This document shows, piece by piece, positions 38,112 to 48,430 of a DNA stretch of 64,000 nucleotides; position 1 is the stretch's first letter, and every line of letters starts with the position of its first letter. This stretch comes from Nitrosopumilus sp. (lineage in GTDB: Archaea > Thermoproteota > Nitrososphaeria > Nitrososphaerales > Nitrosopumilaceae), in assembly GCA_963667665.2 (NCBI GenBank), contig OY763927.2:1664001-1728000 (forward strand), written 5' to 3'. Below the pieces are notes generated by a model, which was not told where the DNA came from, searched no databases, and saw only the letters and a list, made by a program, of their open reading frames with translations. The translations under genes and the position numbers were made by a program.

Positions 38112-38474
38112 TCAAGAATATTTCTTTTTAATTTCTAAAACTTTATCAACAATTTTAATCACATCTGCATCTAGTTCTGTACTAATCAAAATCAATCCTG
38201 CACCTTCAATAGGAATAGTAATCCGATAAATTTTTTCATATTTTGTCAATGCAAAAATAGGATTTCCAATTTTTTCGGCAGTTTTTTTACGGGTAGACCA
38301 TCTGTAAATTGCTTGAGATAAAGTCAATTCAGTTTCTTCTCTTGATAAGTGACTCTTCAATCCAGGTCTCATTTTATCATAAAGTTCACCATAATCATAT
38401 GCTCCTACATATCTAATTTTTTTATCACATTCTAAAATTTCATTGCAAATTTTTTCATATCCCATATTTTTCAC
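38112..38474 (-). CDS. Thaumarchaeal DUF6659-like (profilin/roadblock-fold) protein
   Basis: ICNEILECDKKIRYVG..MRPGLKSHLS..IGNP..YEKI..ILISTE. Confidence 0.65.
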   Translation of the reverse strand: MKNMGYEKICNEILECDKKIRYVGAYDYGELYDKMRPGLKSHLSREETELTLSQAIYRWSTRKKTAEKIGNPIFALTKYEKIYRITIPIEGAGLILISTELDADVIKIVDKVLEIKKKYS

Positions 38475-39997
38475 TACTGTGGTTCAATTGTTGCAGGCGG
38501 TTTACTTGAAATGGTATACGTTACCCAAGTGACATCTTCAATTTCATTTGTAATTCTATTACTAATTTTTTCTAACAGGCCATGTGGAAGTCTTGTCCAA
38601 TCTGCAGTCATCGCGTCAATAGAATCCACAACTCGTATCATTACAATGTTTCCATATCTCCTTTCATCACCAACAACACCAACTGCCTTATCGTCACCAA
38701 CTGCAGCATAAGCTTGCCAAACTTTATCATACAAGTCAGCTTCCATTAATTCGTCTTCAACAATTTTACTTGCTACTCTGGTAATCTGCAGTTTAGTTTG
38801 GGTTACTTCTCCTATTATTCTAACAGCTAGTCCTGGACCCGGAAATGGATGTCTCATCAAAAGTTTTTCTGGAACTTTTAAAATTTTTGCTATCTTTCTT
38901 ACTTCATCCTTGTACAATTCTTTTAGTGGTTCTAAAATTTCTAAATTTAACCAATCTGGTAACCCTCCAACGTTGTGATGAGTCTTAATTACTGCTGCTG
39001 GTCCCTTTGAAACTCCGCTTTCAATTACATCTGGATAAAGTGTGCCTTGAGCTAACCATTTGAAAGGACCATTTTTTTCAGAAAATTCAGTAAATACACG
39101 AATAAATTCCTCTCCTACAATCTTTCTCTTTTTCTCAGGATCCTCTACTCCTTTGAGTTTACTAAGGAATTGTTCAACTGCATTTACTGCTGTAAAATTT
39201 ACATTGAAATTATCTTTGAACATTTCTTCAATTTCTGTTTCTTCGTTTAATCGCAGCAAACCATTATTTACAAAAACACATTTGAGTCTGTCTCCAATTG
39301 CTTTGTGAATTAATAGTGCAACTACAGTTGAATCTATACCTCCACTAACTCCACAAAGTACATTTCCTTCTATTTTTGAAATTTTTTCTACAGATATGTC
39401 AATGAAACTCTCCATATTCCAATCTTGTTTTGCTTTACACACTTTCAAAACAAAATTCTTTAGAATTTCAGTACCTTGTTCTGTATGCACCACTTCAGGG
39501 TGAAATTGAATTCCATAGATTGATTTTTCTTCCGATGCAATTGCAGCAGCTTTTGCACTTTCTGTATGTCCTATTACATGAAATCCTGGTGGAATTTCTT
39601 CTGCTTCATCACCATGACTCATCCACGCTCTTACTGATTCTCCTACACCACTTAGAAGATCTTCATCATTATCAATTGTTAGTAAAGATGAACCATATTC
39701 TTTGTTTGCTCTTTTTATTTTACCGCCATATTTATTTACAATTAATTGATGTCCATAACAAATTCCAAGTAACGGTAAATTCATATCAAAAATTTTATTT
39801 TCTGGAATTGGTGCATCTGAATCATAAACACTTGATGGACCTCCTGAAAAAATTATCCCTTTTGGATTATGTTTTTGTAATTCTTCATAACTAATATCAA
39901 AAGGAACAAGTTCTGCATAAACAGAAAATTCTCTAATTCTTCTACAAATCAAATGGCTGTATTGTGATCCAAAATCTAAAACTAGAATTTTATCCAT
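38474..39997 (-). CDS. guaA: GMP synthase (glutamine-hydrolysing)
   Basis: LDFGSQY, GICYG, QFHPEV, SGGIDS, QGTLYPDVIES, KTHHNVGG, KPPATIE. Confidence 0.96.
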   Translation of the reverse strand: MDKILVLDFGSQYSHLICRRIREFSVYAELVPFDISYEELQKHNPKGIIFSGGPSSVYDSDAPIPENKIFDMNLPLLGICYGHQLIVNKYGGKIKRANKEYGSSLLTIDNDEDLLSGVGESVRAWMSHGDEAEEIPPGFHVIGHTESAKAAAIASEEKSIYGIQFHPEVVHTEQGTEILKNFVLKVCKAKQDWNMESFIDISVEKISKIEGNVLCGVSGGIDSTVVALLIHKAIGDRLKCVFVNNGLLRLNEETEIEEMFKDNFNVNFTAVNAVEQFLSKLKGVEDPEKKRKIVGEEFIRVFTEFSEKNGPFKWLAQGTLYPDVIESGVSKGPAAVIKTHHNVGGLPDWLNLEILEPLKELYKDEVRKIAKILKVPEKLLMRHPFPGPGLAVRIIGEVTQTKLQITRVASKIVEDELMEADLYDKVWQAYAAVGDDKAVGVVGDERRYGNIVMIRVVDSIDAMTADWTRLPHGLLEKISNRITNEIEDVTWVTYTISSKPPATIEPQ

Positions 39998-40001
39998 ATC
40001 A

Positions 40002-40574
40002 TCACTTTTTGATATTTTCAAGCATTCGTGTTAATGACCATCCTGCTGTGTTGATTAACTCATTTACTCTTTCTTTTTGTCTATAGTTTTTGATAATAAT
40101 TTCTCTAATGTCTGTTCCATTTTTGTTTATAATGTAGTCAATTATAGACTCTTTTTGGATTTTCCCATTTTCTACATCTACAACATCCTTCTTTTTCATT
40201 TCTCCAATTATCCTGTCTAAGAAGAATGATCTGAATGGTGGAGTATCATCACTAATCACAATTTCATCATCTAAAACTATGGAAACTTGTTCTGGTGTGA
40301 CATATGCATTGGCAATTACTTTACCATCACCTGCTCTTTTAATTGGAATTGAATTCTCTTCAGATTTTTTTTCATTCTCTATTTTGTTTTGAACCTCTAC
40401 TTTTGTTGTTCTCAACTGTGAAGCTTTTGTAAAACTAGAGTCCTTTAAGAACAAATCCAAAATTATGATATTTTTTTCTAACATTTCTATGGATTCTTGA
40501 TGTTTGTCAATTTGTTCGATCAAACTTTCCTTCAAAGTAACAATATCTTTCACTTGTTCCTCTGAAAATTTCAT
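40002..40574 (-). CDS. Conserved hypothetical protein
   Basis: 190-aa ORF, N-terminal coiled coil, TPPFRSFFLDRIIGEM; co-oriented with guaA. Confidence 0.75.
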   Translation of the reverse strand: MKFSEEQVKDIVTLKESLIEQIDKHQESIEMLEKNIIILDLFLKDSSFTKASQLRTTKVEVQNKIENEKKSEENSIPIKRAGDGKVIANAYVTPEQVSIVLDDEIVISDDTPPFRSFFLDRIIGEMKKKDVVDVENGKIQKESIIDYIINKNGTDIREIIIKNYRQKERVNELINTAGWSLTRMLENIKK

Positions 40575-40609
40575 GATTTGATAAATGAGGGATGGGTATT
40601 AAATGCATT

Positions 40610-41347
40610 CTAGGTAATTATAATATCTACATCTTTGTATGATATTTTTTTAAATCCGTTAATTGGCTTTGATGTGGTAAACAATTCTGATTTTGTAATA
40701 GTTGACAGCCATTCTAACAGTGATTTCCCTCTTTGTAACTTCATTAATTTTGTTTTTCTTTCTGATTTTTTTGTATTTGAAAACTTTCCAATCCGATCTC
40801 CAAAATCCATTCCAAACAAAATAATCTTTTTTGCACCATAATGATTAGCTAGAAAAACTGCTCTATCACCATCTGTGAATCCTCCAAAATTTTGTATTTT
40901 ATTAAACGGCTGTGATTGAGTTGTTCCAATACAATTTTTAAATTTTTTTGAAAAGTCTAGTTTTTCTATATTATCTCCATGTGCATGTACAACAAATATT
41001 GATTTTGTTTTAGCAATTTTTTTCAATGTATTTTCATCTCCATCTAAATCAGTAATCACAATATCTGGAATAATTCCATTTTCTACAAGATGTTTAACTG
41101 AACTGTCTGCAGCAATTTTTATTGATTTTTTGAGATCTTTCAATTTTGGAATGGCAGTTGATAATGATGGTCCAGAGCCTATAACAAAAACAGTTTTTCC
41201 TTTAATTAAATTGATAATTTTTTCATTAACATTTGATTTTTTTAGAATTGAATCTAAAAGAATGGCTGATTCTTTATCCTTTTTTTCACTATACTTGAAT
41301 TCATTTAAAATATCTGAATATATTTTTCTCCAACCTGAAATCATCAT
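40610..41347 (-). CDS. mptE: 6-hydroxymethyl-7,8-dihydropterin pyrophosphokinase MptE-like
   Basis: IGSGPSL, AAD, TDLDG, VHAHGDN, NFGGFTDGDRA, GMDF. Confidence 0.88.
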   Translation of the reverse strand: MMISGWRKIYSDILNEFKYSEKKDKESAILLDSILKKSNVNEKIINLIKGKTVFVIGSGPSLSTAIPKLKDLKKSIKIAADSSVKHLVENGIIPDIVITDLDGDENTLKKIAKTKSIFVVHAHGDNIEKLDFSKKFKNCIGTTQSQPFNKIQNFGGFTDGDRAVFLANHYGAKKIILFGMDFGDRIGKFSNTKKSERKTKLMKLQRGKSLLEWLSTITKSELFTTSKPINGFKKISYKDVDIIIT

Positions 41348-41381
41348 ATGACTCAAATTGCATTGGTTTTTGATAAATGAT

Positions 41382-42248
41382 GTGACTCGAATTGGAAATG
41401 TAGGTGTAGGTGGAAAAAATCCTGTACGTATAATGAGTATTCTTAATACCAGTCCTGAATCATTTTACAAAAAATCTATCAAAACAAGCAAAACTGATAT
41501 AAAAAATTCTGTAAAACAGATGGAAAATGATGGTGCAAATTTTATCGATGTTGGAGGTATGTCTACAGCACCATATCTATCTACAACAGTTTCTGAAAAA
41601 GTTGAATCAAAAAGAATTCTTGATGCAATTAAAATAATTCAAAATATATCTAATCTCCCAATATCTGTTGATACCTGTAGAGCCAAAGTTGCTAAAGATG
41701 CTTTAGAACATGGAGTTGAAATAATCAATGATATTTCTGGATTAAAATATGATAAAAACATGCAAGAAGTAATTTCAAAATTTATCCCATCTCTGATTTT
41801 GTGTGCATATGATTCCAAAACTATTTCTGGAAATGTAATAACTACAACTAAAAAATTGCTTCAAGAAAGCTTAAAAATTGCAAAAAAATCACATGTTCCT
41901 TCTGAAAAAATTGTATTAGATCCTGCTATTGGATTTTTTAGAAAAACTGGAAAAGGTCAATTTTTTACAAAAATTAAATCAGATTGGGTAGAAAGAGATC
42001 TATCTATAATCAAAAATCTAAATTCTATTAAACAAAACTTTCCAATTTTAATCTCTGTTTCAAACAAATCTTTTCTAGGTAATCTTTTAGGACAAGAAAA
42101 TCCGTCTGATCGATTATTTGGCTCAATTGCTGCAGAAGCAATATCTGTCATGAATGGTGCTGACATTATTCGTACTCATAATGTTGAGGCAACTAAGGAT
42201 GCAATTACAATTGCTTCTAAACTCTCAAAACGATACAAAGGCTTATAA
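41382..42248 (+). CDS. folP: Dihydropteroate synthase
   Basis: MSILNTSPESF, IDVGGMST, SVDT, INDISG, LDPAIGF, SNKSF, RTHNV. Confidence 0.92.
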   Translation: MTRIGNVGVGGKNPVRIMSILNTSPESFYKKSIKTSKTDIKNSVKQMENDGANFIDVGGMSTAPYLSTTVSEKVESKRILDAIKIIQNISNLPISVDTCRAKVAKDALEHGVEIINDISGLKYDKNMQEVISKFIPSLILCAYDSKTISGNVITTTKKLLQESLKIAKKSHVPSEKIVLDPAIGFFRKTGKGQFFTKIKSDWVERDLSIIKNLNSIKQNFPILISVSNKSFLGNLLGQENPSDRLFGSIAAEAISVMNGADIIRTHNVEATKDAITIASKLSKRYKGL

Positions 42249-42278
42249 TCGATATTTAACTTTCTTAACAAGGTTTCA

Positions 42279-43709
42279 TTGGAATTCAAAGAAGGATTAA
42301 CTTTTGATGATGTTCTTCTTGTACCCAAATATTCAGATATCACAAGTAGAAGTCAAACTGATCTTAGTACTAAATTATCTCGAAATATCTCAATTAACAT
42401 TCCTTTTGTAAGTGCAAATATGGATACTGTAACTGAATCTTCTATGGCTATGACAATGGCTCGTGCTGGGGGAATAGGAATAATTCACAGATTTTTATCC
42501 ATTCAAGAACAAGCAAACGAAGTTCTCAAAGTAAAACGTTCAGGTAGTGTAATAATTGAAAATCCTTATTCTATCTCTTCTGACAAGTCTGTTCTAGATG
42601 CTCTAGATTATGCAGAAGACAAAGAGATTTCTGGTCTTTTAGTAGTTGATTCTAGTTCTAAATTGGTAGGAATAATAACTGAGAGAGATTTACTGTTTGC
42701 TGATCCAAATGATCATATTCAAGATGTTATGACAAAAGATGTTGTAACTGCAAAACCTAATGTTACATTAGATGAAGCCAAGGAAATTTTGCACAAACAT
42801 AGAATCGAAAAATTACCAATAGTTGATGATTCAGGAGTTATCAAAGGATTGATAACAAGTAAGGATATTATTAATAATGCCGATTATCCAAATGCATCCA
42901 AAGATAAGAAAGGACGACCATTAGTTGGAGCAGCAGTTGGTGTAAAAGGTGACTTTTTAGAAAGAAGTGAATCTCTTTTAGAATCCGGAGCTGATGTACT
43001 TGTTGTTGATATAGCACATGGTCATAGTGAAAATGCACTAAACACAGTTCGCAATATCAAAAAAGCATTTCCCGATTGTGAATTAATTGCAGGTAATATA
43101 GCAACTGCTCAAGGTGCTGAAGATTTGATAAAAGCAGGAGTTGATGCAGTAAAAGTTGGTGTCGGATCTGGTTCAATTTGTATTACTAGAGTAATCACTG
43201 GTTCTGGTGTGCCTCAATTAACTGCAGTAATGGATTGTGCAAAAATTGGTAAGGATCATGGCATTCCAATAATATCTGATGGTGGTACAAGAACTTCTGG
43301 TGATGCAACAAAGGCATTAGCTGCTGGTGCTTCATCTGTAATGGTAGGTAGTATGCTTGGAGGTACTGATGAATCTCCGGGCACAGTTTTGACTAAAAAT
43401 GGAAAACGATTCAAAGTTTATCGTGGAATGGCATCACTTGCAGCTTCCCTTGGTAGAAAATCTAAAGAAACAGGCTCATTTTCATTTGATGATGATCTCA
43501 ATGACTACGTCGCAGAAGGAGTAGAGGCTATGGTTCCATACAAAGGAACTGTAACTGATATTCTAAAACAACTTACAGGTGGAATACGTTCTGGTTTGAG
43601 CTATTGTGGTGCACATACAATTCCTCAAATGCAAGACAATGCAGAGTTTATCAAAATGTCAAGGGCTGGATTTGCAGAAAGTCAGCCTCATGATGTTTCT
43701 TTGATGTAG
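42279..43709 (+). CDS. guaB: IMP dehydrogenase with CBS pair
   Basis: [41 protein letters not shown]. Confidence 0.96.
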   Translation: MEFKEGLTFDDVLLVPKYSDITSRSQTDLSTKLSRNISINIPFVSANMDTVTESSMAMTMARAGGIGIIHRFLSIQEQANEVLKVKRSGSVIIENPYSISSDKSVLDALDYAEDKEISGLLVVDSSSKLVGIITERDLLFADPNDHIQDVMTKDVVTAKPNVTLDEAKEILHKHRIEKLPIVDDSGVIKGLITSKDIINNADYPNASKDKKGRPLVGAAVGVKGDFLERSESLLESGADVLVVDIAHGHSENALNTVRNIKKAFPDCELIAGNIATAQGAEDLIKAGVDAVKVGVGSGSICITRVITGSGVPQLTAVMDCAKIGKDHGIPIISDGGTRTSGDATKALAAGASSVMVGSMLGGTDESPGTVLTKNGKRFKVYRGMASLAASLGRKSKETGSFSFDDDLNDYVAEGVEAMVPYKGTVTDILKQLTGGIRSGLSYCGAHTIPQMQDNAEFIKMSRAGFAESQPHDVSLM

Positions 43710-43744
43710 TTAATTTTTTAAACAACATGCAAAATCATTGAATT

Positions 43745-44215
43745 ATGTTATCAAAAAGAACCATAATTGGCTTAATTCTTGGAATTGCAATTATTATCCT
43801 TGGTGGTGCTTCTTTAATTTTACATACTGGACTACACACTGATGATTTTCAAGATGTTATAGAAGTTGGTGCTCCAGCACACTATACAATCCCTGCTCCT
43901 AATCACACACCACAACATATGATGATTATTGGTGATGCTTTTGATCTCAAATTTACAAGCCCAAGTACTGGATTACAAATTCCAAATGTGACATCCTACA
44001 AAAATGAATTGACTTTAGATTGGGTTCATGTAGCCGATGGTGAAACAAAAATCCAGATCCAAAATACTGGAAATACAGAATTAGAAATTACTGGAGTTAT
44101 AATTACAAGCTATGAACCATTGATTTTTACTCTTGATTTAATGGTGATAATAACAGGAATGGTAATAATTGGATTTAGTATGGGCTTTACCTTAAGAAAA
44201 CCCAAAGGGTTTTAG
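43745..44215 (+). CDS. Hypothetical membrane protein (2 TM)
   Basis: Hydrophobic N- and C-terminal helices. Confidence 0.75.
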   Translation: MLSKRTIIGLILGIAIIILGGASLILHTGLHTDDFQDVIEVGAPAHYTIPAPNHTPQHMMIIGDAFDLKFTSPSTGLQIPNVTSYKNELTLDWVHVADGETKIQIQNTGNTELEITGVIITSYEPLIFTLDLMVIITGMVIIGFSMGFTLRKPKGF

Positions 44216-45027
44216 CTTAGTTTTGCAGAAGGATACGAACCTAAAACTTTCATGAAGAGAGTTTCTTGTTTTATTTTATCTAGCATTTCTGCAATCTGAG
44301 GATTTTTTTCATGTCCTTCAAAATCTACATAGAAATTATATTCCCACGTATTAGTTTTAGTTGGTCTAGACTCTATCTTTGTAAGATTGACACTATTTTT
44401 GTGAAAATTCTCTATAATTTTGTGTAAAGAACCTGGTTCATGTTTAATGGAAAAAATAATTGAAGTTTTATCATTACCAGTTTCCGGTGATTTGTCTTTT
44501 GATAATATCAAGAATCTAGTATAGTTGTTAAGATTATTTGCAATATTTTCAGAAATAATAGGCATATTGTGTATGGCTGATGCTGCTTTGCTAGCTATAC
44601 ATGCACAATTTTTCTTGTTGAGTTCTTTAACAATTTTTACACTACCTGATGTATCGTATGCAGGAATTGTTTTCATGTTGTGTTGTTCAATAAATTTTCT
44701 ACATTGTCCTAAAGCTTGTGGATGTGAATAGACAGTATCTATTTCATCCAATATGTCAATTCCAATCAAACAATGTTCAATTCTATGATAAACTTCACCT
44801 GTTGCATTTAGAGATGTTGAGTATAGTAGGTCATAACTTTCACCAACACTTCCTTCCAATGAATTCTCTACAGGCAAAATTGCATATTTAGTTTTATCAG
44901 TAGATGTATTTTCTAAAACTTCTGCAAATGTTGAAAGAGGAATAGTCTCAATTTCTTCGTTAAAAAATGATTTTGCTGCAGCTTCACTATATGCACCTCG
45001 TTCACCTTGGAACGAAACATGTATCAT
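44212..45027 (-). CDS. pheA: Prephenate dehydratase
   Basis: QGERGAYSE, PVENSLEG, SHPQALGQC, NYTRF, NLTKIESRP. Confidence 0.95.
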   Translation of the reverse strand: MIHVSFQGERGAYSEAAAKSFFNEEIETIPLSTFAEVLENTSTDKTKYAILPVENSLEGSVGESYDLLYSTSLNATGEVYHRIEHCLIGIDILDEIDTVYSHPQALGQCRKFIEQHNMKTIPAYDTSGSVKIVKELNKKNCACIASKAASAIHNMPIISENIANNLNNYTRFLILSKDKSPETGNDKTSIIFSIKHEPGSLHKIIENFHKNSVNLTKIESRPTKTNTWEYNFYVDFEGHEKNPQIAEMLDKIKQETLFMKVLGSYPSAKLS

Positions 45028-45030
45028 TTT

Positions 45031-45582
45031 TTAATCTCTCAAATTGAAGAAATCACTTTTGCCAAAGTTTGATGAAAGTTTTCTTTCATCAATCCATGAA
45101 CATTCTGTACATTTTATAGCATCACGCATTGGTACAACTTTACCTCCACATTTCCTACATTTCGTGAATAAAACTCCTAAACCTGGTTCACTAATTGCTG
45201 CATGAATTGTTCCATTAAGATGACTAATAATTTTCAATGTTACTATATCGTTAACTAATGCTACATTTCTTATTCTGATATTTCGAGTTCCACAGATGCA
45301 TTCCACTTTTGATGTAGTAGGTTTTCCATTAATGTAATCAATTGATACTGCAATCATAGATGACATTACTGCTGCAACTGTTCCAATAACAATATCTCCA
45401 TCTTTTGGAATTGATAGAAGTTTAGGATGCTTTATGCTAGCAATTCGTGTAGTTTTATCAATGTTTTTTTGTCCTACAGTTGCTGCTCTAACCATATCTC
45501 CATCATCAAAAGTATTGTATCCAGCCTCATATTCTTCAATAGATGCTATTTTGTCACCTGGAAATGCTGTATTTTCCGACAT
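45031..45582 (-). CDS. csl4: Exosome RNA-binding protein Csl4
   Basis: PGDKIASIEEY, S1 domain, LGVL..CRKCG..CTEC..ERKLS. Confidence 0.9.
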   Translation of the reverse strand: MSENTAFPGDKIASIEEYEAGYNTFDDGDMVRAATVGQKNIDKTTRIASIKHPKLLSIPKDGDIVIGTVAAVMSSMIAVSIDYINGKPTTSKVECICGTRNIRIRNVALVNDIVTLKIISHLNGTIHAAISEPGLGVLFTKCRKCGGKVVPMRDAIKCTECSWIDERKLSSNFGKSDFFNLRD

Positions 45583-45669
45583 GCAGTGATTTTTGCTGTT
45601 ATGATTATAATTGTTTGTGGTGCGAAAGATTTTGGCAAATCATATATCTTCAAAAATTTGAAAAAAATC

Positions 45670-46746
45670 ATGAAAGCCCTAGTATATGAAAAATATACTA
45701 CTGATGATGATTTTTCTAAAATCTTAAAAATCAAAGACATTCCTTCCCCTAAACCAAAACCTGATGAAGTTATTTTCAAAGTTAAAACAGCATCACTCAA
45801 CTATGATGATATTTGGGGAATGAGAGGTAAACCATTGGCAATTCCATTGCCACACATATCTGGAACTGATGCTGCAGGAGAAGTTACTGCAATTGGTAGT
45901 GATGTAAAAAATATCAAAGTAGGTGATAGAGTTGTTTCTCATGGTAACATGTCGTGTAGAGTTTGCAAAGCATGTACTGATGGTAGAGAATTTGATTGCA
46001 GGAAACGAACTATTTGGGGATTTGAAACAGGCCCACTTTGGGGTGGATACTGTGAAGAAACTCATCTTCCTGAAGTTAATGTTGTGAAGATTCCAGAAGG
46101 AGTATCATATGATCAAGCAGCTGCTGCATCAATGACTTTACTGACATCATGGCATATGCTTATTGGAAGAGCAAAAATTCAACCTGGCCAATTAGTTTTG
46201 ATTATGGGTGGAAGTTCTGGTGTTGGAAATTATGGAATTCAAATTGCAAAACTTTTTGGGTGTACTGTAATTGCTACTGCTAGTCCTGATAAGTTAGAAA
46301 AGTTGTTAGAACTTGGAGCAGATTATGCAGTAGATCATAGAAAAGAAGATTGGCATAAAGAAGTTAGAGCAATTGCAAAAAAAATCCCAAAATCTTTTGG
46401 TGATGTACCTGGAGTTGATGTGATTTTTGAACATATTGGAGGCACTCATTGGAACAAAGAATTGACTCTGCTAAATTATGGTGGAACAATAGTCACTACT
46501 GGAGCTACAACAGGTTATGATGCCAAGACTGATCTACGTCATATTTTCTTTAAGGGAATCAATATTCTGGGCTCAACTCAAGGTACAAGGGCTGAATTAG
46601 AACAAGGCATCTATTGGATGTCCCAAGGTAAAATAAAATCTGTAATTGATTCAATATATCCACTTGAACAGGCAGCTGAGGCTCACACAAAAATGCTGAA
46701 AGGTAAAGGACTTTTTGGAAAAATCTTAATGAAACCAGAATTATGA
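45670..46746 (+). CDS. Zn-dependent medium-chain dehydrogenase/reductase
   Basis: MKALVY start, PHISGTDAAGEV, CRVCKAC..C, GGSSGVG, GSTQG. Confidence 0.9.
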   Translation: MKALVYEKYTTDDDFSKILKIKDIPSPKPKPDEVIFKVKTASLNYDDIWGMRGKPLAIPLPHISGTDAAGEVTAIGSDVKNIKVGDRVVSHGNMSCRVCKACTDGREFDCRKRTIWGFETGPLWGGYCEETHLPEVNVVKIPEGVSYDQAAAASMTLLTSWHMLIGRAKIQPGQLVLIMGGSSGVGNYGIQIAKLFGCTVIATASPDKLEKLLELGADYAVDHRKEDWHKEVRAIAKKIPKSFGDVPGVDVIFEHIGGTHWNKELTLLNYGGTIVTTGATTGYDAKTDLRHIFFKGINILGSTQGTRAELEQGIYWMSQGKIKSVIDSIYPLEQAAEAHTKMLKGKGLFGKILMKPEL

Positions 46747-46752
46747 TTGATA

Positions 46753-47352
46753 ATGGTAGATCCTAAAATAAATTCCATTTTAGATGAGGGAAACAGATTA
46801 TTTCTTCAAGGAAAACTAAAAGAAGCAATTACCTATTATGATAAAATTCTAAATGATTATCCGAAAAATCTTAGTTCACTTAACAATAAGGGATATGCAT
46901 TAAGCAAACTCAAAGATTTTGATAACGCTATAAAATGCTATGATATAGCTCTTCAGGTATATCCAAATGATCTTTCTGTGTTAGTAAATAAAATATCCAC
47001 TATTCGTAAACAAGGAAATTTTGTTAAAGCACTAACACTATGTGATGAAATTTTAAAGGATAATCCAAAATACAACATTGCATTATATCACAAAGAACGA
47101 ATATTATTTTCTATGAAAAAATTTGATGAATCAATTCTATGTTGTGATAGTATATTGAAAGATTATCCAAATAATGGTGATGTTTTATTTGATAAATCAT
47201 GTAATCTTGTAATGCTCTCAAAAATTGATGATGCACTTGAGTTACTTGAATGTGCAATTATTCAAGGAATTCAATACAAAGTTAAAGCAAAAAAATCAAA
47301 ATCGTTTGAAAAACTATTCGATAACTCTAAATTCAAAAAATTAGTATCTTAA
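46753..47352 (+). CDS. Tetratricopeptide repeat protein
   Basis: TPR units (NNKGYALSKLKDFDNAIKCYDIAL). Confidence 0.85.
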   Translation: MVDPKINSILDEGNRLFLQGKLKEAITYYDKILNDYPKNLSSLNNKGYALSKLKDFDNAIKCYDIALQVYPNDLSVLVNKISTIRKQGNFVKALTLCDEILKDNPKYNIALYHKERILFSMKKFDESILCCDSILKDYPNNGDVLFDKSCNLVMLSKIDDALELLECAIIQGIQYKVKAKKSKSFEKLFDNSKFKKLVS

Positions 47353-48348
47353 TTATAACCAATGTGGAATTTCTAAATATTCTTCAATACTTTCATTTCG
47401 TAAAATTTTGAGAAGGGCGTTTGCCTGAGGTGTTGACAATACTGGTTTGTCAAACTGATTATCTGTAGAAATTCTTGGGCACGCTACTTGAACAAACGCA
47501 TCAATTCCTTTAAGATTTCTTAATCTTTCACTTGTAATGTCAGTTAATGCAAATAACTGAACTTCTTTTCCTTGTTCTTCTAATTCTTTTTTAATTTTTA
47601 AAGCAAATACTTTGGATAGTTGTCCTTCTTTTAGTCCTACAATTACACCAAATGATTTTGCTTCAGCTGCTTTGTAAATTGCAAGAGTTGCTTTCTTTTT
47701 TAATTTCTGAGCAAATTCTGTAATTTCTCTTACTTCATTAAAGTAAGGATCTAAAACATAAGTTGGTAAATTTGTTGATAGTGCAATTCCTGCTGCATGA
47801 AAATTACTTTGACCTAAAAACACATAGGCATCTACTTCTTTTTTTAGACTTGATGCAGGGTAAAACTCACAACCAAACACTTGACCATCATTTAATTGTC
47901 CTTTCCCTTTCCCAATTTTGACTTTGATTCCATTCTCTGTTAAAATTTTTTCAACTTTGTCTATTTGATGTAAATGTTGACTGTCTGTAACTAATGAAAT
48001 TATTTTCCCTTTTAATATCTCTCCACATTTTTTTGCAACACTGTCAAATTCAACATCATCAAATGCATCAATTAAAATTAAATTTTTTTCTGGTGATTCA
48101 GTGTTTATTGTATGTCCAATGTTGAATTGAATTTCTGCTCCAAGAACTTTTGAACCATTTGAATTCAAATCACAAGTTCCCCATGTTGTATCTGCTAAAA
48201 CATATGCTGGGATCCCAAATTTTTTTGTAATATTCATAGCAGTTTCTTGAACTTGAGGTAAAATTCCATCAGGACCATTTACTGAAACTGATGCTGGATT
48301 TTTATCTTCAATTTCTTTGAAAATTCTTTCTTCATCTATTATTATCAA
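47353..48348 (-). CDS. dph2: Diphthamide biosynthesis enzyme Dph2
   Basis: WGTCD, GQVFGC, FHA, KEGQ, VACPRI. Confidence 0.92.
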   Translation of the reverse strand: MIIIDEERIFKEIEDKNPASVSVNGPDGILPQVQETAMNITKKFGIPAYVLADTTWGTCDLNSNGSKVLGAEIQFNIGHTINTESPEKNLILIDAFDDVEFDSVAKKCGEILKGKIISLVTDSQHLHQIDKVEKILTENGIKVKIGKGKGQLNDGQVFGCEFYPASSLKKEVDAYVFLGQSNFHAAGIALSTNLPTYVLDPYFNEVREITEFAQKLKKKATLAIYKAAEAKSFGVIVGLKEGQLSKVFALKIKKELEEQGKEVQLFALTDITSERLRNLKGIDAFVQVACPRISTDNQFDKPVLSTPQANALLKILRNESIEEYLEIPHWL

Positions 48349-48430
48349 TTTAGCTTGGAATCTAACTTTATTAATTTAAATCAACTGTACTCTCCAACAA
48401 CTAAAAATGCCTGAGTTGTTCAATTGATTT

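Noticed and set aside
45427-45669. N-terminal extension of the dehydrogenase ORF
   Set aside because: Overlaps csl4 on the opposite strand; the family-like start is MKALVY at 45670
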